From positions 32,001 to 96,000 of IMG/VR virus record IMGVR_UViG_3300044695_006747: a stretch of 64,000 nucleotides of DNA; one strand, given 5' to 3'. Positions within the stretch are counted from its first letter, which is position 1, and every line of letters starts with the position of its first letter. This DNA is from a virus. Of this stretch, positions 57,297 through 64,000 are shown piece by piece. The notes beneath the pieces are model-generated. The model had not been told where the DNA came from and ran no database searches. It was given only the letters and a program-made list of their open reading frames with translations. A program made the position numbers and the translations under genes.

Positions 57297-59179
57297 ATTT
57301 TATTCTCCTTTAATAAATCTTGAATTGTCATAATTTTATCTAACATAGCAATACCAAGAATATCGAATTTAATAATACCTAAACTTTCCAAATCTTGCAT
57401 TTCCATACCGGCTATGGTCTGGTCATTCTTACTATCATAAACCATGGGACACACTTCTCCAAGAGGAGTAGGACTTATAGCAATACCAGCGGCGTGTTTA
57501 GATTGATTAGTTTTTGTTCCCTCAAGTCTTATTGCTTGTTCAAATCTTTTGGCCAATGGACCGGCTAAATTATCGTTATCATCAATATAGCACCATTCTG
57601 ATAGTTCTTTTGATTTATTTTCTAATGCCCATCTAATTATAGAAGATTCTCCATATTCTTCTTTCATATCTTGTAATTCATCTGCTATCTTGGCTTCGTC
57701 TGGTATATGCTTTGTAATATTGTTCATTTCTTCAAATGTAATATTACCATAAGCCCTAAGAACATCTTTTAATGCTCCTCGTCCTTTCATGGTATTAAAT
57801 GTTATCATCTGAGAAACCTTATCGTGTCCATAATTTTCTTTGATATAGTTAATAACATCTTCTCGTTTGTTAATTGGTACGTCTACGTCTATATCTGGCA
57901 TTGATATATGATCAGCAGTATTTCTACCAGAATTATAAAATCTATCAAAAATTAGCCCGTATTTTATGGGATCTATCGCTGTTATGCCAACCAAATACGA
58001 AACCATACAACCAGCAGCAGAACCTCGACCTGGGCCGGGTAACCACCCATTAGATCGAACATATTGAAGTATATCTTGAATTATTAAAAAGTAGCTGGAT
58101 AGTCCAGCGGTTTGTAAAACAGAGAGTTCGTACTTTATACGATCAACATATTCTGTAGTCATTTCTGTATTATTACTAACTTTATTAGCTATTTTATCTC
58201 TCCAGCCGTCTCTACATAGTTGTCTTAGATATTCTGCTTCTGATAGACCGTCTGGACATTTAAAACTAGGAAGTGTTGGTTTTGATGTTATATCATAGTT
58301 TTCACACAAAGAATTCACATAATTTGTGTTTTCGATTTCTTCTTCTGTGTGCAGAGCATTTATTTCTTCATGATCCAAAATATGATAGTTATCAGATATA
58401 AAGAATGTCTCCATACCAACTTCTTCGTTATTTAATATCTTGTTTGTAACATCAGTAAGCGTTGTTTTTAAATTATTACATAATAGTATTCTTTGATCAA
58501 CAGCATCTTCCTTTTCTGCATAATGAGCATCTGGAGTACATATTACTTTTAAACCAGTATCTCGTGCTATATCTCTTATGCATTCAGTAACTTTAGATTG
58601 CATAGGATTATTAATCTGATCCATCAATTGAGCTTCTAGAAAAAAATTATCAGATCCACCAAAAATATCTTTAAGATACGAAGCTTTTTCTATGAGAATA
58701 TTTTTCCAGTCAGGATCAATGCTCTTATAGTCTGTTATACTGTTTGCTAATACTGACCCTAAGTGACCAGCAAACCCTATAATATTTCCATCTAGCATTT
58801 CGCCAAGTCTTTTAAGATCTATTCTAGGTTTATAGTAATAAAATTCTGGCTTATTAGTTTCTGATATGATTTTAATTAAAGTTTTCCATCCAGAATAATT
58901 TTTAGCCAATATTACTAAATGACTAAGTTTTTTATTATCATTATTTTTAATTGTCGCATCATCACTGGAAATATATAATTCACAACCTAGAATTGGTTTA
59001 ATACCATTCTTTTTCATGCAAGAATGGAACTTTACCGAACCAGCTATATTACCGTGATCTGTTAATGCACACGCACCAATATTTGTATTAATACATCTTT
59101 TAGCTATCTGTTCTGGTTTTGATAATCCGTCTAAAATAGAAAAATGGCTGTGAACATGCAAAGGAGTATACAATTTCAT
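57293..59179 (-). CDS. dnaE: DNA polymerase III alpha, N-terminal part (PHP + palm/thumb)
   Basis: PLHVHSHFSILDG; ALTDHG; GPGRGSAAG; SMPDIDVD; HAAG; KFDILG. Confidence 0.95.
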   Translation of the reverse strand: MKLYTPLHVHSHFSILDGLSKPEQIAKRCINTNIGACALTDHGNIAGSVKFHSCMKKNGIKPILGCELYISSDDATIKNNDNKKLSHLVILAKNYSGWKTLIKIISETNKPEFYYYKPRIDLKRLGEMLDGNIIGFAGHLGSVLANSITDYKSIDPDWKNILIEKASYLKDIFGGSDNFFLEAQLMDQINNPMQSKVTECIRDIARDTGLKVICTPDAHYAEKEDAVDQRILLCNNLKTTLTDVTNKILNNEEVGMETFFISDNYHILDHEEINALHTEEEIENTNYVNSLCENYDITSKPTLPSFKCPDGLSEAEYLRQLCRDGWRDKIANKVSNNTEMTTEYVDRIKYELSVLQTAGLSSYFLIIQDILQYVRSNGWLPGPGRGSAAGCMVSYLVGITAIDPIKYGLIFDRFYNSGRNTADHISMPDIDVDVPINKREDVINYIKENYGHDKVSQMITFNTMKGRGALKDVLRAYGNITFEEMNNITKHIPDEAKIADELQDMKEEYGESSIIRWALENKSKELSEWCYIDDNDNLAGPLAKRFEQAIRLEGTKTNQSKHAAGIAISPTPLGEVCPMVYDSKNDQTIAGMEMQDLESLGIIKFDILGIAMLDKIMTIQDLLKENKI

Positions 59180-60222
59180 TGTTTAATTTCGCCAGGGGCT
59201 TGGTAATGTCCAAATGAGTGATTGTTTTGTTTGTACAGACTTGTAACGTTGTCTATACCCAATATGTCTATGTCGTGTTTTACTTGTTCACATTTTGTCA
59301 TAAAAGAATCTTTTTTACACACTTGATTATCTCTATATTCAACATGAGGAACAACATGAGAATCTTCAAAAGTAGTTTTGCCGAAGTGACATAGTTTACT
59401 ACACATCCAGGTTTTTCGCAAGTTGGGTCTTCTGCTTTTTTTTATAATTTCAAACTTATCTTTAAGCATTAATTCTGTTGTGATCAGATCTTTTTTACCG
59501 AAACATATAGAAAAAGGCCCACCATCGTTTATAAAATTAATAGATACCATTATATTTTCTACATCTGGATATAGATGGCTTACAGCATAGTGATATATTC
59601 TTAATTGAGGATCATTTTCTAAACACTCTTGTGTTTTTTCTTTGCCTGTCGCCCAATTTAATCTTTTACCTGTTTTCCAATCTATAATTTCATAGAAGCT
59701 ATCATCCACTTTTGTTATAAGATCTATTGTGCCTTTTATAGCTAGGTATCCTTCCAAAATGCCTTCATCTGTTTGATATTTGTACTTTGCCCAAGGTTTT
59801 TTGATCGTGATATCAAAGTGTTGTTCTGGACAAACAATATTTCTATTTCTAGGATCAAACATTCCATTATTATGTGTTATTGTTTTTATTACCCAATCAT
59901 AACAGTCTTTCTTGTCTTTGGCTAACCATTCGTGATGAGCATTGTTGGTGGTATAATATTCATATACTTTATCAAATAATTTATCGATAGCATAATTTTT
60001 AATTTTTATTTGACCAACAATATCATCGGATATCGATTCTATTTTATCTTGTTCGGCTTTTTTTATCATGGCCAATAGTTCTAAAACTTTATGTACTATT
60101 GTGCCTTTGTCTGCCTTTTTATTAGAAGGTCCTCTCCATCCCAGCACATACTCTAAATAGTATTGTTGTTCGCACATAGAGTGTGCGTTATATGAAGAGC
60201 TTCTAAAATATGTAATTATAAT
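59176..60222 (-). CDS. Cas4/AddB-like PD-(D/E)XK exonuclease, probably starting at a non-AUG codon
   Basis: GTIVHKVLE; KGTIDLI; IIDWKTG; QLRIY; one N-terminal Cys plus a C-terminal Cys cluster. ORF track start is 60177, but the frame extends upstream through FRSSSYNAHSMC to ATT at 60222. Confidence 0.8.
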   Translation of the reverse strand: MIITYFRSSSYNAHSMCEQQYYLEYVLGWRGPSNKKADKGTIVHKVLELLAMIKKAEQDKIESISDDIVGQIKIKNYAIDKLFDKVYEYYTTNNAHHEWLAKDKKDCYDWVIKTITHNNGMFDPRNRNIVCPEQHFDITIKKPWAKYKYQTDEGILEGYLAIKGTIDLITKVDDSFYEIIDWKTGKRLNWATGKEKTQECLENDPQLRIYHYAVSHLYPDVENIMVSINFINDGGPFSICFGKKDLITTELMLKDKFEIIKKSRRPNLRKTWMCSKLCHFGKTTFEDSHVVPHVEYRDNQVCKKDSFMTKCEQVKHDIDILGIDNVTSLYKQNNHSFGHYQAPGEIKQ

Positions 60223-60794
60223 GGTAGTATTCCTTTATTTTTAAGAAATTGATCTAGTATTAGATTTTGTTCTTGTATTGTCAAGTTTTTGTTATCTAGT
60301 AGTAAATCAAAGTTCGATTGATCATATCTGTTAATATCTAATGCTGTTTCGCTGTCGTGCTGAGAATCAAAAGGATTTCTGGTTAATTTGATGACAGTTC
60401 CACCAACATTTTTGATGACCCTAACTTCATTGGGAAATCTGCAATCAGCCACAATTGCTAAATCAGGTTTTTCTTTTATAATCTTAGTAATAGTAGCATC
60501 AGCCCATACATTTTGTTGCATGGTTCTAAATATGTCTGTTCCAACGAATTGCATAACCTCTCTTGCTGTTAATCGTTTATTTTGCCATACGCAATTGACC
60601 AATTCATTTTTTTGGTCATCTGTGCCGTAGCATTGTTCATAAGTTAATCCTAATATATTCATACAAATATCCTTTTTAAGAGGATCAGCAAAATTATATA
60701 CTTTAACATTACCAATAAATTTATTGGCTATAAATTCTGAGCAAGTAGTTTTTCCTGATTGTTTTCGTCCAGCAAACGCTATTATTTTTGTCAT
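60216..60794 (-). CDS. Deoxynucleoside monophosphate kinase (T4 gp1-like)
   Basis: IIAFAGRKQSGKTT; FADPLK; REVMQFVGTD; VADCRFPNE. Confidence 0.85.
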   Translation of the reverse strand: MTKIIAFAGRKQSGKTTCSEFIANKFIGNVKVYNFADPLKKDICMNILGLTYEQCYGTDDQKNELVNCVWQNKRLTAREVMQFVGTDIFRTMQQNVWADATITKIIKEKPDLAIVADCRFPNEVRVIKNVGGTVIKLTRNPFDSQHDSETALDINRYDQSNFDLLLDNKNLTIQEQNLILDQFLKNKGILPL

Positions 60795-61903
60795 AAGGTT
60801 ATCTTTGATGTTATTTGTTCTTTAATCTCTGCGTCAGATAATTCTGCTATATCATTTTTAGATATATATATGTGTTGTATATTATATATCTTTTTACATT
60901 TATTTTCTATTTGTGTTCTAGCCTTTATGCCAGCATCGTCAGAATCTGTAATAATCACTAATGTCATAGCGCCACTAGTATCCAATAACATTTTCTGCTT
61001 ATCATTTAAATTGGACCCAAAGATAGCTACAGCATTATGAATACCATTGCTCTCCAACTTCCAAACATTACCAGGACTCTCTACAATTATAGCTGTTCTA
61101 GTTTCTTTGATGTATTTTTTGGCAAACCAAAAATTATACAAACAATTTTCTGCTGAGAAACCCTTGTTATGTTTCCATTTTGGTTTTAGGTTGTCATTAG
61201 TAGAGCGACCGCTACATCCTATCATGTAGTTATACTCTGAATCATAAATAGGAACTACGGCTCTGTCAGACATTTCTTTATTCGGTGTTTCACAATCACC
61301 AACATCATATTTGTCTAATATTTTAGGATCAAAACCCCTGGATATAAAATAAGGACTAGGAATTTTTAATAATTTTCTAACCTGATTTCTATTAGGATAA
61401 TTTGTGCCAGTTACCTGTTTCGTATTTAGTATTGTCAAGCTATTGACAAAATTATTTTTTTCTTTTTCTTTATTTGATACTTTGAGATCTTTGAGATTAA
61501 TCTTTCCAAAATCTGTCAAAAACTTCAGAGTTTCAGAAAAGCTAACAGTATCGTCTCCATCACAAGACCAGTTATGTTTTTTATGAGAAAGTATGCCTCT
61601 CACAAAACCTATAATGGATCCTTTAAAATGTTTTTCACATTGATGAGTTCTGCATTTCCAGTTACCTCTATATGACTCTCCAACATAATATAAATTTATA
61701 GCGGATTCGTTGTCTCCTCCGTGTATTGGACAAGACATACTAATAAACTTACTATTCTGTTTGTACTCTAAATTAAAGTACTCTAACAGATCAGTTATAT
61801 TATCGCATAAATGATCACACAAAATTTTGAGTTTTTGCTGATCAATCGAATGGAATGTTTTCTTCATCTTTGACTTCAAACCCGTCGTCATCGTCCTTTC
61901 CAT
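60791..61903 (-). CDS. dnaG: DNA primase (Zn finger + TOPRIM); start may be 61891 or 61867
   Basis: CPIHGGDN...CRTHQC; IIVESPGNVW; AVAIFGS; TDSDDAG. Confidence 0.85.
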   Translation of the reverse strand: MERTMTTGLKSKMKKTFHSIDQQKLKILCDHLCDNITDLLEYFNLEYKQNSKFISMSCPIHGGDNESAINLYYVGESYRGNWKCRTHQCEKHFKGSIIGFVRGILSHKKHNWSCDGDDTVSFSETLKFLTDFGKINLKDLKVSNKEKEKNNFVNSLTILNTKQVTGTNYPNRNQVRKLLKIPSPYFISRGFDPKILDKYDVGDCETPNKEMSDRAVVPIYDSEYNYMIGCSGRSTNDNLKPKWKHNKGFSAENCLYNFWFAKKYIKETRTAIIVESPGNVWKLESNGIHNAVAIFGSNLNDKQKMLLDTSGAMTLVIITDSDDAGIKARTQIENKCKKIYNIQHIYISKNDIAELSDAEIKEQITSKITL

Positions 61904-63293
61904 TTACAATCTCCAATCTAGTGTTTCCTTCTGTAATTTTAGCACACCAACCCTTCATATGACAATTAATATAATCGTTATCATCTAGGCCAGCGCCGTG
62001 TCTACTGATTAATGGGATTAATTTTCTATTACCGTTTGTTGGCCCGTCTTCTGCTATTTCTTCGTCGCTTTTTCTTTTGAAAATAGAGAAATTACTACAC
62101 AACCATATGATTCTATCAGATCCGCTAGCGGTATCGGTACTTTCTTTTGTAATACCATCTCTATTTAATTGCACAAAGGCTACTATTGGAAGCTGATATT
62201 TACACGCAAAATTATGAAGTGTTGTCATCATAAAACCAAGAACTTGATATTCTTTCATATCTTGACTAATACCGGCGCTATCCATAAGCTTAAGATAGTC
62301 ATAAAAAATAACACACGGTTTTGCTGTGCCGTCTGAGTTCAGTCCTACTTCTTTTATAATCCATCTTCTCATTATAGATAATTGTTCATCAAAAGATTTA
62401 CCGGCAATAGATTTATGAAATAGTGGAGTTTCTTTTAGATCATTAACAGCGTCCTCTATTTTTTTCTTTAGTGATGGTGTTTGTGCGAATTTTCCACTCT
62501 CAATTTTATTTATTTCTATTTCTGTCATCATAGCCAGTATACGATGAATATGATCATCTTTGGTCATTTCAGTATCCATATTTAATACTGGTATTTTTAA
62601 TTTATTTGCTATATAAAAGCCCATATTGTCCGATAATAGTGTTTTACCAGTTTTTGGTCTTGCTGCTATAACATTTATCGTACTTTTTCTTAGTCCTCCG
62701 CCTATAGCAAAATCATAAGCAGGAAATCCTGTTGATATACCAACCTGATCTATTGGATTGGCAATAAGATCCTCGATATACTCCTCTAGATTCTGACTAA
62801 TCTGTACAGGACTACTATCTTGATCTTCCATAGATGTGCTAAAATTTAGTATTGGCTCCTCGACCAAACTCATTATATGAGATATTGGTTCCGAACCAGT
62901 TATATTGAGCACATTATTTTTGATATCGTCTAATTTTTTATGTAATTTTCTTGCTATTTCTAGTTTTTTGATTTTTGCCGCAAACTGTAAAAGATTATCA
63001 AAGTTAGCTGGAAACTCTAAAATTGCTTTTAGGTGCTGAGTTTCTTCTTTTTTCTGTAAAACATAATCAAGATCAAGCTCTTTTGCAGCGGAGAAGATTG
63101 ATGCTATATCTATTGATTGACAATTATGATCTACAAATATTTTCTTCAAACATTTGTATATTATAATATTGCTATCTATGGTAAAACTATTTTCATTTAT
63201 TATGTCTGCAACTTCAAGGTATGCTTTTTCACCATATTGGCATAATATAGATAGTACTGCTCTTTCAGCAGACGGATCAAATAAAATATTCAT
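61842..63293 (-). CDS. dnaB: Replicative helicase
   Basis: AERAVLS; STGFPAYD; AARPKTGKT; IFYDYLKLM; VQLNR. Confidence 0.93.
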   Translation of the reverse strand: MNILFDPSAERAVLSILCQYGEKAYLEVADIINENSFTIDSNIIIYKCLKKIFVDHNCQSIDIASIFSAAKELDLDYVLQKKEETQHLKAILEFPANFDNLLQFAAKIKKLEIARKLHKKLDDIKNNVLNITGSEPISHIMSLVEEPILNFSTSMEDQDSSPVQISQNLEEYIEDLIANPIDQVGISTGFPAYDFAIGGGLRKSTINVIAARPKTGKTLLSDNMGFYIANKLKIPVLNMDTEMTKDDHIHRILAMMTEIEINKIESGKFAQTPSLKKKIEDAVNDLKETPLFHKSIAGKSFDEQLSIMRRWIIKEVGLNSDGTAKPCVIFYDYLKLMDSAGISQDMKEYQVLGFMMTTLHNFACKYQLPIVAFVQLNRDGITKESTDTASGSDRIIWLCSNFSIFKRKSDEEIAEDGPTNGNRKLIPLISRHGAGLDDNDYINCHMKGWCAKITEGNTRLEIVNGKDDDDGFEVKDEENIPFD

Positions 63294-63297
63294 TGTT

Positions 63298-63675
63298 TCA
63301 TCCAGCAGTCGTTGAACACTTATTGCACTTGTATCTATTTTTATCTAGCACTAGTGCTGGATTACATTTCTCTTTTCTGCCACAGCATCTGCATACCAAT
63401 TCTATGTAAGAAAACTCTCTATTTCTTTCAGTTGGTGGTGTTTTAGATAATTTTTGATCTATTGCAACATCATCTTTATGAAGATTTTTTTCTGACATTT
63501 TATCAAAAAGATTTATATTACTACCTCTTGCTTTTGATTTATTAGTTTTGATATTACTATTTAATTTAGGACTATCACTTACTTCATCATTTTTACTTTC
63601 TGGTAATAATGAAGACAATAATTCTATTAATCCTTTTATTTGTTCTGGATTATTTTTTAAATTTTCAAGATCCAT
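63298..63675 (-). CDS. Hypothetical protein with C-terminal Zn ribbon
   Basis: CRCC...CNKC. Confidence 0.7.
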   Translation of the reverse strand: MDLENLKNNPEQIKGLIELLSSLLPESKNDEVSDSPKLNSNIKTNKSKARGSNINLFDKMSEKNLHKDDVAIDQKLSKTPPTERNREFSYIELVCRCCGRKEKCNPALVLDKNRYKCNKCSTTAG

Positions 63676-64000
63676 TCTTCACCTTATTTCTTTGAATAGA
63701 TAATATAATATCCGATAAATTTTTAATGCTATTTGCCAAATATGAGAGTCTGTCACTACGCTGTTTTGCATACTTTTTGATATTGTTTAATGAAGTGGCC
63801 TTGTCGTTGTGTTTTATTGCCTGACCAGCCTTTTCTGCATATCCATAGCCTTTATAGTTATTTATTTCATCGGCTATAGTCTCCTTTATTGTTTCATCTG
63901 ACCAATTATACCGAGCTATCTCCCTGTTGATTGTTCTCTGAATAAAGAAAGCATACTGTCCTAATCTATATGCTATGTTCCCACAATCTTCTGGAGAAAG
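63665..64000 (-). CDS. Partial helical protein truncated by the window edge (possibly UvsY-like)
   Basis: Open frame LSPEDCGNIAYRLGQYAFFIQRTINREIARYNW...LSYLANSIKNLSDIILSIQRNKVKNGS*; UvsY likeness is a guess from size, helicity and context. Confidence 0.55.
   Translation of the reverse strand, partial: LSPEDCGNIAYRLGQYAFFIQRTINREIARYNWSDETIKETIADEINNYKGYGYAEKAGQAIKHNDKATSLNNIKKYAKQRSDRLSYLANSIKNLSDIILSIQRNKVKNGS

Noticed and set aside
54891-59179. Split intein in dnaE
   Set aside because: No Cys/Ser-initiated intein N-block on DnaE-N and no HN-C/S/T terminus on DnaE-C; the break is not at the cyanobacterial site.
59176-60222. CRISPR-associated Cas4
   Set aside because: No array or other cas genes; it sits in a replication operon, where solo Cas4/AddB-like exonucleases are common in phages.
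5-64000. Alternative genetic code (TAG or TGA recoding)
   Set aside because: Very long ORFs are intact under the standard code, and conserved proteins end where expected at TAA/TGA.
5-64000. tRNA or rRNA genes; apparent abundance of GATC and CTAG
   Set aside because: Intergenic gaps are too short and show no cloverleaf; tetranucleotide bias is only an impression and needs observed/expected counts I cannot run.

Overview
A 64 kb segment of a large, AT-rich, densely coded tailed-phage genome, probably with a long non-contractile tail, since no sheath gene is seen. It has two convergent blocks. The + strand (1-45062) is a tail morphogenesis operon: neck/terminator-like genes, major tail protein, two paralogous tail-assembly-chaperone-like genes, a 5389-aa tape measure protein (TMP), two fibre proteins, and large tail-tip proteins including a 3031-aa protein with VCBS-like repeats. 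The - strand (44999-64000) is a replication/modification operon: DnaB, DnaG, dNMP kinase, Cas4/AddB-like nuclease, a DNA Pol III alpha split into two genes around a DEDDh exonuclease, SSB, an 8-gene glycosylation cluster, a homing endonuclease, a putative ssDNA-annealing protein and a DUF2135-like membrane protein. The main find is the TMP. Seven copies of a GG...DTVPAMLTPGEFV module separate helical tape segments from globular cargo blocks. These blocks contain motif-level matches to a HAD phosphatase, a PD-(D/E)XK nuclease and an ADP-ribosyltransferase fold, suggesting an injected multi-effector cassette array. All family assignments come from reading motifs by eye; no database searches were run.
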